A stretch of 64,000 nt of DNA from Croceibacterium sp. (GTDB lineage: Bacteria > Pseudomonadota > Alphaproteobacteria > Sphingomonadales > Sphingomonadaceae): contig DATIQN010000006.1 of NCBI GenBank assembly GCA_035470785.1, forward strand, positions 11,111 to 75,110, given 5' to 3'. The notes under the pieces were generated by a model. That model did not search any database, had not been told where the DNA came from, and saw only the letters and a program-made list of their open reading frames with translations. The first letter of the stretch is position 1, and the number at the start of each line of letters is the position of its first letter. The translations under genes and the position numbers were made by a program. Below are positions 1-9,044 of this stretch, in pieces.

Positions 1-253
1 CGAACGCGTCCTTGGTCAACGGACCGGGCTCGCCGCCACCGAAGCGACGGCCGCCGTTCGGCTGCTCGTCCACCGACAGGGTGCCGTCGTGATTGGCGTC
101 GAGCTGGGCGAAGCGGTCGGCGGCGTTCTTCTCGACGTCGGCCTGGGTAACCGTGGCGTCGCCATAGGGGTCCGGCGGCGGGCCGCCCTGGGCAAGCGCC
201 GGGACCGAAATGGCTGCGGCGAGCGCCGCCATCGTGATCGTGAAAGTCGTCAT
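1..253 (-). CDS. secreted EF-hand calcium-binding domain protein (N-terminal part; 3' end lies beyond the left window edge)
   Basis: Own minus-strand translation from ATG at 253-251: MTTFTITMAALAAAISVPALAQGGPPPDPYGDATVTQADVEKNAADRFAQLDANHDGTLSVDEQPNGG... The N-terminus looks like a signal peptide. DANHDGTLSVDE is a canonical EF-hand loop (DxNxDGxLxxxE). It is missing from the ORF track because it is open at the window edge. Confidence 0.55.
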   Translation of the reverse strand, partial: MTTFTITMAALAAAISVPALAQGGPPPDPYGDATVTQADVEKNAADRFAQLDANHDGTLSVDEQPNGGRRFGGGEPGPLTKDAF

Positions 254-365
254 GTCAGTCATTCTCTCCGTTCGCGGCGTTGCGCCGCGCATCCATGCAC
301 CGGCCGCGTTTTAGCACAGGCCGGAGGAGCGAGGACGCGAATCAATGTCGCAATTTGTCTTACAG

Positions 366-1274
366 CTAGAGCCAGCCCTGCTCGCGGTACCAGGCGGCGG
401 TCTCTTTCAGCCCTTCGAGAGTCGGCACTTCCGCCTTCCACAGCTTGCGCGGCGGCCGCTTGCTCACTCGGCAAACCCAGTCGGGATGCGCCATGTAGCC
501 CACGCGATCGGGCGTGAGCTTGGCCTTTCGGCCGCGAAACGCCTTGTCGAGCCGCGCCAGCCGCTCGAGCATGGGCTTCGAGAGGTGCGGCACCCATGGC
601 CGCCGGCCGACCGTCCAGCCGATCGCGCGGGCCAGCTCGCGGTGGCTCCAGCCCTCGGCCTTGCCGTCGTCAGGCTCAAAGGTCTGGCGGGTAATCCGTT
701 CGCCAGAGGGGGCCAGCGCAAGCAGCAGGCGCGCGAGGTCGCCGACATGGACGAGCGAGGTGCGTCCTGGCGGTGGCATCGGGACAACGCCCCACTTGGC
801 CAGCTTGAACAGTTCGAGGATTTCGCGGTCGCGCGGGCCGTAGATCGCCGGCGGGCGCACGATTGTCCAGTCGAGGCCGCTGGCCATGACCAGCTTTTCG
901 GCGTGGGCCTTCGAGGCGCCGTACTTCGACAACCCCGGCTCGCGCGCAGCCAGCGACGAGACGAACACGAAGCGCGGCACGCCCGCGGCGAGCGCCGCTT
1001 CGACCAGCGCCAGCGTGCCTTCGACGTTGCCGAGGTGAAAGCCCATTGGGTCATGCGTGTTGACCACCCCGGCGACGTGGATCACCGCCTCGGCGTTACT
1101 GACCAGCCGTATGAGCGCCTTGCGGTCGTGCAGGTCCCCGGGCACCCATTCGACGCGCTTCGCCTTGTCCTGCGTACGGCGAGCGAGCGCGCGGACCTCC
1201 ACGCCCCGTTTGGCGGCCTCTTCGAGGAGGGCGCGGCCGACGAACCCGGTCGCGCCTGTCACCGCCAGGGTCAC
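366..1274 (-). CDS. NAD(P)-binding epimerase/dehydratase (NDUFA9-like extended SDR) family protein
   Basis: 302-aa ORF with an N-terminal Rossmann motif VTGATGFVGRAL and extended-SDR architecture. The GTG start makes a GTGA overlap with the proB stop (1271-1274). Confidence 0.8.
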   Translation of the reverse strand: MTLAVTGATGFVGRALLEEAAKRGVEVRALARRTQDKAKRVEWVPGDLHDRKALIRLVSNAEAVIHVAGVVNTHDPMGFHLGNVEGTLALVEAALAAGVPRFVFVSSLAAREPGLSKYGASKAHAEKLVMASGLDWTIVRPPAIYGPRDREILELFKLAKWGVVPMPPPGRTSLVHVGDLARLLLALAPSGERITRQTFEPDDGKAEGWSHRELARAIGWTVGRRPWVPHLSKPMLERLARLDKAFRGRKAKLTPDRVGYMAHPDWVCRVSKRPPRKLWKAEVPTLEGLKETAAWYREQGWL

Positions 1275-2407
1275 AGCAACACCAGCTGGTCGCGATGGAT
1301 CACCGCCGCACGCGGCGCGTAGCCGAGCAGCGCCTCGAGCTCGTCGCTGCGGCGCCCGAGAATCTGGGCCACCTCCGCCGAGGTGTATTCCGCCAGGCCC
1401 TGGGCGATTGCCTTGCCATCCGCATCACGCACCGCGACCGGGTCGCCGCGCGCGAAATCGCCTTCGACTGCGGTGATGCCGGTAGCCAGCAGACTGCCGC
1501 CCCTGCCGAGCGCCGCAGCGCAGCCGGCGTCGACCGTCACTGAGCCCCGCATCCGCTGGCGGCCGCCGAGCCATGCCTTGCGCGCCGCGTCGCGGCGTCT
1601 GGGCAGGAACAGAGTGCCGATGCCGTCTCCGGTCAGTGCCCGCGCCAGAGGCGCATCGTGCGTGCCGTTGACGATGGCGAGCGCGATCCCCGCGCGCTCG
1701 GCGATTTCGGCGGCCTGCAGCTTCGAAGTCATCCCGCCCGAGCCCAGGCCCGAACCGGAGGCGCTGCTGGCCATCGCGTGTATGTCCGAGGTGACACCTT
1801 CCACGCGTGCCAGCAACTGCGCGCCCACGGCCTTGGGGTCGCGATCGTAGAGGCCATCGACGTCCGAGAGCAGCACCACGGCGTCCGCCGCTGCCGCCTG
1901 CGCGACGCGAGCGGCCAGGCGGTCATTGTCGCCGAAGCGGATTTCCTCGGTGGCGACCGAATCGTTCTCGTTGATCACCGGAACCGCGCCGGCCTTGAGC
2001 AAACGTGAGAGCGTCGCGGCGGCGTTGAGGTAGCGGCGGCGGTCTTCGAGATCCTCTAGCGTCAAAAGCAACTGCGCGGCCGCGATCCCGTGCGTCGCAA
2101 GCCGCTCGGCCCACAGCGAGGCGAGCGCGATCTGCCCGACGGCCGCCGCCGCTTGTGCATCGGCCAGGCTGCCCCGCCCGCCGTTGCTCAGGGCCAGCTT
2201 CGCCGCGCCCAGTGCGATCGCGCCCGAGCTGACGACGATGACCTCCTGCCCTCGCCCGCGCGCTTCGACTAGCTCGCTCACCAGGCCGTTGAGCCAATCG
2301 CCGCGCACCACCCCGTCGCGGCCGACGAGCAGCGACGAGCCCACCTTGACGACAAGGCGCGGCGCCAGCTTTGGCGAGGTCAGGTCGGCAAGGCGGTCGA
2401 TCGGCAT
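1271..2407 (-). CDS. proB: glutamate 5-kinase
   Basis: 378 aa. Amino-acid-kinase N-terminus (RLVVKVGSSLLVG...VIVVSSGAIALG) and a C-terminal PUA domain. It lies next to obg, as in many bacteria. Confidence 0.93.
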   Translation of the reverse strand: MPIDRLADLTSPKLAPRLVVKVGSSLLVGRDGVVRGDWLNGLVSELVEARGRGQEVIVVSSGAIALGAAKLALSNGGRGSLADAQAAAAVGQIALASLWAERLATHGIAAAQLLLTLEDLEDRRRYLNAAATLSRLLKAGAVPVINENDSVATEEIRFGDNDRLAARVAQAAAADAVVLLSDVDGLYDRDPKAVGAQLLARVEGVTSDIHAMASSASGSGLGSGGMTSKLQAAEIAERAGIALAIVNGTHDAPLARALTGDGIGTLFLPRRRDAARKAWLGGRQRMRGSVTVDAGCAAALGRGGSLLATGITAVEGDFARGDPVAVRDADGKAIAQGLAEYTSAEVAQILGRRSDELEALLGYAPRAAVIHRDQLVLL

Positions 2408-2466
2408 GGCGGCGGGGCTTAGCCGAGTGATCGGGGTTTAGGAATACGCCCTTGAGGCAGGGCGAG

Positions 2467-3522
2467 TCAGACGGGCGACCAGGGTTCTTCCGCCTCGCCT
2501 TCCTCGATCGCGTCATACTGCTGGCCGGAGGTGGCGGTTTGCGGAAGGTAGCCGAGGACGGCATTGAGCAGCGCCTCGACACCTTCACCGGTCGCTCCGG
2601 AGATCGGATATACCTTCTCGGCCCCCGCCGCCTTTAGTTCGGCGGCAAACCCGGCGACCAGCTCCGGATCGGCGAGGTCGATCTTGTTGAGCGCGATCAG
2701 TGTCGGTTTCGAGGTCAGGACGTCGCCGTAGGCCTCGAGCTCATCCTCGATCACGCGCATTGCTTCGGCGGGATCGCTGCCTGAAATGTCGATTAAGTGG
2801 ATCAGCACCCGACAACGCTCGATGTGGCCCAGGAACCGATCGCCGATGCCCGCACCCTCGGCCGCTCCTTCGATAAGACCGGGAATGTCTGCCAGCACGA
2901 ATTCGCGCGCCTTGTGGCGCACGACGCCGAGCTTGGGGATCAGCGTGGTGAAGGCGTAATCGCCGACCTTCGCCTGCGCGTTCGAGACCTGGTTGATGAA
3001 AGTGCTCTTGCCGGCATTGGGCAGGCCGACGAGCCCGGCATCGGCGAGGAGCTTGAGGCGCAGCCAAACCGCAAGTTCCTGCGCCGGCATGCCGGGCTGG
3101 TGCTGGCGCGGCGCGCGGTTGGTGGAGGTCTTGTAACTGGCGTTGCCGCGCCCGCCCAGGCCGCCTTCGAGCAGCACGACGCGCTGGCCGACTTCGGTGA
3201 GGTCGGCGAGCACCGTCTCGCGGTCCTCGTCGAGCACCTGCGTGCCAACCGGGACCTTTATGACGAGATCCGGCGCGCCGGCGCCGGTGCGGTTCTGGCC
3301 CATCCCGTGGCCGCCGCGCTTGGCCTTGAAGTGCTGCGTATAGCGAAAGTCGATTAGCGTATTGAGGCCCGCCACCGCTTCGAACACGATATCGCCGCCG
3401 CGACCGCCGTCGCCGCCGTCGGGGCCACCGTACTCGATATACTTCTCGCGCCGAAAACCCACTGCTCCCGGGCCGCCGGCGCCCGAGCGGATGTAGATCT
3501 TGGCTTGGTCGAGGAAATGCAT
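2467..3522 (-). CDS. obg: GTPase Obg/CgtA
   Basis: Glycine-rich Obg fold ([32 protein letters not shown]), P-loop [18 protein letters not shown] and NKID motifs. I moved the start to the ATG at 3522 ([11 protein letters not shown]). The 16 upstream codons in the ORF track show no Obg-like sequence. Confidence 0.95.
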   Translation of the reverse strand: MHFLDQAKIYIRSGAGGPGAVGFRREKYIEYGGPDGGDGGRGGDIVFEAVAGLNTLIDFRYTQHFKAKRGGHGMGQNRTGAGAPDLVIKVPVGTQVLDEDRETVLADLTEVGQRVVLLEGGLGGRGNASYKTSTNRAPRQHQPGMPAQELAVWLRLKLLADAGLVGLPNAGKSTFINQVSNAQAKVGDYAFTTLIPKLGVVRHKAREFVLADIPGLIEGAAEGAGIGDRFLGHIERCRVLIHLIDISGSDPAEAMRVIEDELEAYGDVLTSKPTLIALNKIDLADPELVAGFAAELKAAGAEKVYPISGATGEGVEALLNAVLGYLPQTATSGQQYDAIEEGEAEEPWSPV

Positions 3523-3620
3523 GACAGTCCAGATAAGCAGCGGTGGGCGAAAGCGCCAGTGAAGCGCCAATCCGGTGACGGCCTAGCCTTTGCTATCGCT
3601 CGGGATTTTTCGCGAAAAAC

Positions 3621-3696
<76 letters not shown>

Positions 3697-3802
3697 GTTC
3701 CAGTTTGCATCGCGAGGGTCCCCCGCGAAGAGCGCGCTCCCTAGCGAAAAGGTCGCGCGCTTGAAAGCGCTAAATGGGCGCCCTCAACCGCTGCGCAACC
3801 CG

Positions 3803-4696
3803 CTAGCGCTTGGTACCCGTCTGGTCCTTCTTCACCGGCTGCACAACGGGAGTTGAGCCTGCGGCTGCGGGCAGGTTGACGACGGGTATCTTCGCCCCGG
3901 TATCCGGGTCCACCACCTCGCCAGCCAGAGCGGGCGCAGCCGCGCTGTTGAGCGCTGTGCCGATGCTGGGCTGCCCCGTGCCGTGAACGGCGACGTAACC
4001 CGGCTGCGAGGCGCCGTATTGCGCGCCCCATTTGGCATCCCAAGCCGCAGATTCGGCCTGGTAGCGGTCATAGGCGTTGAAGAAATCGAGATAGACCGCC
4101 TCGAACCGCGGCAACGTGGCGGCGGCAAAGGCAGACAGGTTGCTCGACGGCGACTGCATCCATTCGTTCGAGACCGCCAGCGCGACGTTGCACATGTTGC
4201 CGATCACCGCGGGCGTGGCGAAGTAGTTATAGACTTGCGTCATGTGCACTTCGCGCACTTTGCGGCCGCTGGCGACCGATCCGGCGGCCATCGCGTATTT
4301 CTTGTCCAGCGCGATGTTGACCGCCGTCAGCTTCTTGGCGTTCTTCTTCAGGAAGGCGCTGTAGCCCTGGAGGATCGGCTTTTCGTACTGGTCGGACAGG
4401 CAATTGAGCGCGGCAACGTTCCAGACGGATCGCACGTTCCAAATCGTTTCGTTGTCGTCGAGCCCGGTGTCGAAGGTTTGGCGCACGCCGTTCGCGTCCA
4501 TCGGCGGGATGGTCATCGTGTACGTCGACCCGGCCGGCGGGATCGGCCGATAGGGAATGACCTCGGCAACCGGCGGTGGTGGGGGCGGCGGTGGAGGCGG
4601 AGGCGGCGGCGGCGCGGGCGTGGCGCAAGCGGCCAGCAGGGCGAGGCCGGTGGCGGCTAGAATCTGGCGCACCGGGATTCGGCGAATGGTCAGCAT
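3803..4696 (-). CDS. lipoprotein of unknown function with a 14-proline N-terminal tether
   Basis: Start taken at ATG 4696 (MLTIRRIPVRQILAATGLALLAAC). The lipobox is LLAAC. The mature N-terminus is C-ATPA-P14 (4571-4612), followed by a domain of about 250 aa that I do not recognise. The ORF-track start at 4780 adds 28 non-signal residues. Confidence 0.7.
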   Translation of the reverse strand: MLTIRRIPVRQILAATGLALLAACATPAPPPPPPPPPPPPPPVAEVIPYRPIPPAGSTYTMTIPPMDANGVRQTFDTGLDDNETIWNVRSVWNVAALNCLSDQYEKPILQGYSAFLKKNAKKLTAVNIALDKKYAMAAGSVASGRKVREVHMTQVYNYFATPAVIGNMCNVALAVSNEWMQSPSSNLSAFAAATLPRFEAVYLDFFNAYDRYQAESAAWDAKWGAQYGASQPGYVAVHGTGQPSIGTALNSAAAPALAGEVVDPDTGAKIPVVNLPAAAGSTPVVQPVKKDQTGTKR

Positions 4697-4783
4697 CAGT
4701 GTGAAGGCCCTCTCAGAGCGTCCGCGACTTGGTGACCCTGTCCACCTTTCGCGCACGTGAAGGGACCTACCTAGACGCACCCT

Positions 4784-4825
4784 TAAGCAAAGAAAATGCC
4801 CGGAGTACGATAGGCACCCCGGGCA
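4784..4825 (-). terminator. rho-independent terminator candidate downstream of the BI-1/YccA gene
   Basis: The minus strand reads TGCCCGG-(15 nt)-CCGGGCA followed by TTTTCTTTGCTT. The 7-bp GC stem is 4797-4803 paired with 4819-4825. It starts 25 nt after the stop at 4850. Confidence 0.55.
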
Positions 4826-4849
4826 CGATAAAGCTAGTCCCGTGTCCGC

Positions 4850-5599
4850 TCAATTGCGGCCGTTACCCATGAAGCGCAGCAGGAACAGGAACATGTTGAT
4901 GAAGTCGAGGTAGAGCTGCAGCGCGCCGAGCACGACCATCTTGCCGGCAAACTCCGTGCCGCGCATCTGCGCGTACGACCCCTTCAGCCTCTGCGTGTCG
5001 TAGGCCGTAAGCCCCGCGAAGATCAGCACTCCGAGGAAACTGATCGCCAGATCGAGACCAGTGGACCTGAGGAACATGTTGACCACCATGGCGACGATCA
5101 GGCCGACCACACCCATGATCAGGAATGTACCGAACGCCGACAGATCCTTTTTCGTGGTATAGCCGAAGAGGCTAAGACCGGCGAACGCACCCGCCGTGGC
5201 GAAGAACGTCGCGGCGATGGAGGAGCCGGTGTAAATGAGGAAGATCGTCGACAGGGACAGCCCCATCAGCACCGCAAATCCCCAGAACATCGCCCGGAGT
5301 GCGTTGGTCGAGAACCTGTTAGCGCCGAAGCTCATTGCCATCACGATGGCCAGCGGGGAAAGCGCTACGAGCCACATGAGCGGGCCGTGGGCGAAGGTAA
5401 TCGCCAGACCGGATTGAGCGGTCAGCAGAGCGACCACGCCGGTCAGCAACACGCCGGAGGTCATATAGTTGTAAATCGACAGCATGTAGCTACGCAGGCC
5501 CGCGTCGAAGACTTCGCGGGTGCGCGGCACCGATGCACCGGTGAAGCTGTCAGACGTGCCGAGGCCCGCGCGGGTCCGGTTGTCATTCCAGTCAGCCAT
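4850..5599 (-). CDS. Bax inhibitor-1/YccA family membrane protein
   Basis: Seven predicted TM segments. The N-region RSYMLSIYNYMTSGVLLTG and basic C-terminus are typical of the BI-1/YccA (UPF0005) family. ATG 5599 has better SD spacing (AGGGA-N6-ATG) than ATG 5605. Confidence 0.9.
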   Translation of the reverse strand: MADWNDNRTRAGLGTSDSFTGASVPRTREVFDAGLRSYMLSIYNYMTSGVLLTGVVALLTAQSGLAITFAHGPLMWLVALSPLAIVMAMSFGANRFSTNALRAMFWGFAVLMGLSLSTIFLIYTGSSIAATFFATAGAFAGLSLFGYTTKKDLSAFGTFLIMGVVGLIVAMVVNMFLRSTGLDLAISFLGVLIFAGLTAYDTQRLKGSYAQMRGTEFAGKMVVLGALQLYLDFINMFLFLLRFMGNGRN

Positions 5600-5698
5600 T
5601 TTCATTCCCTACGTTGCCGGTCGCCAAGGTGGGTCCGGTTCACTGGCTAATATCGGCTCTGCGCGGCGCGGATTCAAGCGAAACCGGCAGTTCTGGCG

Positions 5699-6520
5699 TT
5701 AACCCTTGTCGAATGGTTTGCGCGCTTCGGCGGCCAATTCGGCGCCCCGATCGCGCGTCGCGCGCAAAGTCTCGGTGAGCAGCGCGACGAGCGCCTGATC
5801 GCGATCCAGGACATCGAGCCCTTTGCGGGTCATGCCCCCGGGGCTGGCGACACGATCGGCCAACTTGCCGGGGCTCTCGTTGGAAGCCGCCGCGAGTGCC
5901 GCCGCGCCCTCCACCATCGCCAGCGACAAGCGATCCGCCTGCGCGCGAGAAAGGCCCAGCGCCGCCGCTCCCCCGGCAAGGGCGTCGATAAAACGGTAGA
6001 CGAACGCCGGGCCGGAACCGGCCAGCGCGGTGACGAGATCGAACTCGTCCTCGCCGACCCATTCGGGCGTGCCGAGCGGATCCATGAGCGCCATCAATCC
6101 GGCGCGGCCCGCTTCGTCGAGACCGTTTCCAGCAAAGGCAATCGGGGCCTTGCCGAGCGCAACGGCCAGATTTGGCATCACGCGGACATGCGCCGCCGCT
6201 TGAGGAAAGCGCGCTGCCAGCGTCGCCAGCTCGACGCCCGCCAGCAGAGACAGCACGGTCGTGTTCGCCCCCGTCAGCCGGGCCACATCGGCCGCGACAT
6301 TGTCGAGCATCTGCGGCTTCACGCCCAGCAGGACGGCGTCGAATTCGCCGCTCTCGGGAAGCGTACGGTACCGCACAATCCCATCGGGCAGCGCTTTGTC
6401 GGATGGCTCGACCACCGTAAAACGGCCCGGCTCAAGTCCGCCCGCAAGCCAGCCTTCGAGCATGGCCCCAGCCATGTTGCCGCAGCCGACCATGAGGATG
6501 TCTTCGAAGCGTAGGGTCAT
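5699..6520 (-). CDS. proC: pyrroline-5-carboxylate reductase
   Basis: 273 aa. NADP-binding N-terminus MVGCGNMAGAML and a P5CR dimerisation domain (GSGPAFVYRFIDAL, SPGGMT). Confidence 0.95.
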   Translation of the reverse strand: MTLRFEDILMVGCGNMAGAMLEGWLAGGLEPGRFTVVEPSDKALPDGIVRYRTLPESGEFDAVLLGVKPQMLDNVAADVARLTGANTTVLSLLAGVELATLAARFPQAAAHVRVMPNLAVALGKAPIAFAGNGLDEAGRAGLMALMDPLGTPEWVGEDEFDLVTALAGSGPAFVYRFIDALAGGAAALGLSRAQADRLSLAMVEGAAALAAASNESPGKLADRVASPGGMTRKGLDVLDRDQALVALLTETLRATRDRGAELAAEARKPFDKG

Positions 6521-6531
6521 TGCGTCTCACT

Positions 6532-6614
6532 CCCCTCTCGCTTGCGAGAGGGGTCGGGGGTGGGCCAGGTAAGCTCTAATGCCCACCCTTGGCCCCTCTC
6601 GCAAGCGGGAGGGG
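6532..6614. repeat. REP-like composite palindromic intergenic element (three hairpins)
   Basis: Hairpin 1: CCCCTCTCGC(6532-6541)-TT-GCGAGAGGGG(6544-6553). Hairpin 2: GGGTGGGC(6558-6565)-15 nt-GCCCACCC(6581-6588). Hairpin 3: CCCCTCTCGC(6593-6602)-AA-GCGGGAGGGG(6605-6614), with one G:U pair. The element fills the whole proC-ybjN-like spacer. Confidence 0.7.
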
Positions 6615-7121
6615 TTACGCCTCGCCCGCCGCGTCGACGAGCGCGGCGTCGAGCGCCTCGCGCGGAGTCTTATCGCCCCATAGGACGAACTGGAACGCCG
6701 GATAGAAGCGATCGCATTCCGAAACCGCCGCCTCGATCGCGATCTGGGCCATCGACAGGCTGAGCAGGCCGTCCTCGCCGAGCATCAGCCCGTGGCGGTA
6801 AAGCAGCACGCCGCCGCGCGACCAGATGTCGAAATGACCGAGCCAGAGCTGTTCGTTGATCAGGCCGAGGAGTTCGAAGGCGTCGGCCCGCTTGGCTTCG
6901 GCCACGCGGATCTCGGGCAGGCACAGCAATTGCAGCACACGGTCTTCGACGCGCCAGATGCCGCGCATCTGGTATTTCGCCCAGCTGCCCTGGATTTCGC
7001 CGCTGATCTCGTCGTCGCTGACGAACTCGCACGGCCAGCCGTGCGCCTCGAACAACTGCGCGAGCATCTCCACCGGCGCAGCGTCGTCTTCGTTCGTCAG
7101 CGGTTCTCGGCCGGTATTCAT
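6615..7121 (-). CDS. YbjN domain-containing protein
   Basis: Sequence such as VEMLAQLFEAHGWPCEFVSDDEISGEIQGSWAKYQMRGIWRVEDRVLQLLC fits the YbjN-like family. The start is ambiguous (ATG at 7121, 7130, 7160 or 7181). 7121 has AGGA 8 nt upstream. Confidence 0.72.
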   Translation of the reverse strand: MNTGREPLTNEDDAAPVEMLAQLFEAHGWPCEFVSDDEISGEIQGSWAKYQMRGIWRVEDRVLQLLCLPEIRVAEAKRADAFELLGLINEQLWLGHFDIWSRGGVLLYRHGLMLGEDGLLSLSMAQIAIEAAVSECDRFYPAFQFVLWGDKTPREALDAALVDAAGEA

Positions 7122-7292
7122 GCGGGCCATCCTATTTGCGTTCGATCCCGCGCATCCCATGCTCCGCGGTCCGCCCGGCAATCAATTGGTAACCATAACC
7201 TCACCGGTGAAAACCCAGACTTGGCTGTTCACAAGGTGTGCAAAAGCGGTTCCTTCGCGGCGCAATAACGGCGGAAAACTGCGACTTGTACG

Positions 7293-8999
7293 TCAATCGA
7301 GCGGAACCACTTCCTGACCTTCGTCACTGGTGAACTCGAACGCGTCGATGCCCTTCTTCTTGAGCGCAGAGACCGCCTTGTCGGCTTCATCCTCCGTCTT
7401 GAACGGACCTGTCAGGAGCCGGTGCGTCCGTCCCCACCGGGCAGTGAAGGGGTCGCGCCTGGCCAGCAGGGCGCCGCCTTCGCGCTGGAGACGCTTCCAG
7501 TCGAACGCTAGCGCTTTGGGGTTTCGGCCCGTCGCCACCTGGGCCCAGAAGCGCGATGGGTTGGCCGGGGGCTTCGGCTTGGCCTTGGCCTTGGCCTTGG
7601 CTTGCTCCGCCTTCGCCTGCTCGGCTTTGGATGGCTCCCTGGCGGGTTTGAGCTTGGAGATGTCGACAGCCCCTTCCGGCAGCGGCGGTGTCGCCGCAAC
7701 CGGGGTCGCGAAATCTGCAAAGGCATCAAAGAGGCTGACGGTATCCTTCCGCGGTGGCGCGCTGGGGCCCCCGATCGACAGCGATCGCCTTGGCGCTTGT
7801 GGAACTAGGGGCGGTGGCGGTGGCGGCGGCGCCGCCGCCGGCGAAGCCTGTGGAGCGATGCTGGCGACCAGCACAGGCTTGCTCGCAGCCGGCTCAGGTG
7901 GAGGCGGCTGGACCGCGGCGGCAACTCTCGTAAACGAAGACGTGGGCTGGGGAGCCGGGCTTGGCGGCGAAGCTTGCGCAAGCGTTGCGGGTGGCACGCT
8001 GGGCGTAGCGTTCTTCTTGTCTTGCTTATCGCGGTTCTTGGCCGGCCGCGCTTGATCGTTGCGGCTGGCGTTCTGTCGGTGATTGTTGCGGCCGAGCGTC
8101 TCACCCGTCGGCACCAACCGCGCATCCGGCGTCGCCGATGCGACCTGCGCGGGCGCCGGCGCAGGACCGGAAAAGGCAGCGATCTTGGGATCGTCGTGGC
8201 CGATCTCCGACGCTGGAGGAAACCGGCCGAGATTGGCCGCGGCGGCCTGCTGCGCACGCGTCAGGCGCGGCATGTAACGCAAATATGGCGCCAGCCGGCT
8301 GGAGATCTGCGCGGGCAGCATCGTCTGCGCGATCGAGACCGCTTCCTCGCCTTTGCCCAGGATCGCCAACGCGAACGCTCGTGTGCGATAGCTGGCCAGG
8401 TCGCGATGCTGCAATAATGGCAGCAGCGTTGCCTCCGTCGCGCGCTGATCGCCGGAGATGGCCTGACTCAGCGCCAGCCGGCGGACGATTTCGGGATCGT
8501 TCTGCTGCGCCAGCGCCTGGCGATATAACTGCTGCGCGACCAAGTTATTGCCGACGAGATCGAGCGCGAGGCCGCGATCCCCGGCGTAGCGTGACATCGG
8601 CACGCCGGCGGCTTCGGCCTGTGCAAAAAGTTGCACCGCGGTCACCGGATCGTCCTCGCGCAGCATGGCCGACGCGAGTCCGGCCTTCACCTCGCCGTTC
8701 TGGGGCTGGATCGCGGCGGCGCGGCGGAAGAAGCCAAGCGCCGCCTGCGTATCATCGAGGCCGAGCGAAGCCCAACCCGCGCGCAGCAGGATCGAAACGT
8801 TGCCGGGGTCGCGCGACAAGTCCTTGAGCGCGGCGTTCAGCGCCCCCAGCGAAGGCGGCGGAACCGTCTGTACGACCGGCTGCGAATAGCTGTTCTGCGC
8901 GATCGCCGGCCCACTCGCCGCGGTCACTGCGCCGGCGAAAGCACAGGCGATCCGGACGGCATTTCGGCGCCGGATCGCCAGGTCCGAATAATAGCCCAT
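7293..8999 (-). CDS. TPR-repeat and SPOR-domain protein (septal peptidoglycan binding)
   Basis: Signal peptide (AFAGAVTAASGPAIAQ), N-terminal TPR-like repeats, and a long Pro/Ala/Lys-rich linker. The C-terminal SPOR domain reads FWAQVATGRNPKALAFDWKRLQ...TGPFKTEDEADKAVSALKKKGIDAFEF. It lies directly downstream of ftsZ. Confidence 0.8.
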   Translation of the reverse strand: MGYYSDLAIRRRNAVRIACAFAGAVTAASGPAIAQNSYSQPVVQTVPPPSLGALNAALKDLSRDPGNVSILLRAGWASLGLDDTQAALGFFRRAAAIQPQNGEVKAGLASAMLREDDPVTAVQLFAQAEAAGVPMSRYAGDRGLALDLVGNNLVAQQLYRQALAQQNDPEIVRRLALSQAISGDQRATEATLLPLLQHRDLASYRTRAFALAILGKGEEAVSIAQTMLPAQISSRLAPYLRYMPRLTRAQQAAAANLGRFPPASEIGHDDPKIAAFSGPAPAPAQVASATPDARLVPTGETLGRNNHRQNASRNDQARPAKNRDKQDKKNATPSVPPATLAQASPPSPAPQPTSSFTRVAAAVQPPPPEPAASKPVLVASIAPQASPAAAPPPPPPPLVPQAPRRSLSIGGPSAPPRKDTVSLFDAFADFATPVAATPPLPEGAVDISKLKPAREPSKAEQAKAEQAKAKAKAKPKPPANPSRFWAQVATGRNPKALAFDWKRLQREGGALLARRDPFTARWGRTHRLLTGPFKTEDEADKAVSALKKKGIDAFEFTSDEGQEVVPLD

Positions 9000-9044
9000 G
9001 ATCCCCGCTAGAAACGCCAGCCTGAACCGCGCGCGAACGGCGGT

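Noticed and set aside
3697-3802. tRNA-Ala as an integration hotspot (looked for integrase, direct repeat of the tRNA 3' end, island)
   Set aside because: There is no integrase or recombinase and no duplicated tRNA 3' segment. The flanking genes (obg and the lipoprotein) have host-like composition.
4560-4625. GGC/GGT/GGA-rich stretch as a possible slipped-strand (phase-variable) microsatellite
   Set aside because: The 14 proline codons are a mixture of CCG/CCT/CCA/CCC with no perfect tandem unit longer than about 3 repeats, so this is not a classical contingency repeat.
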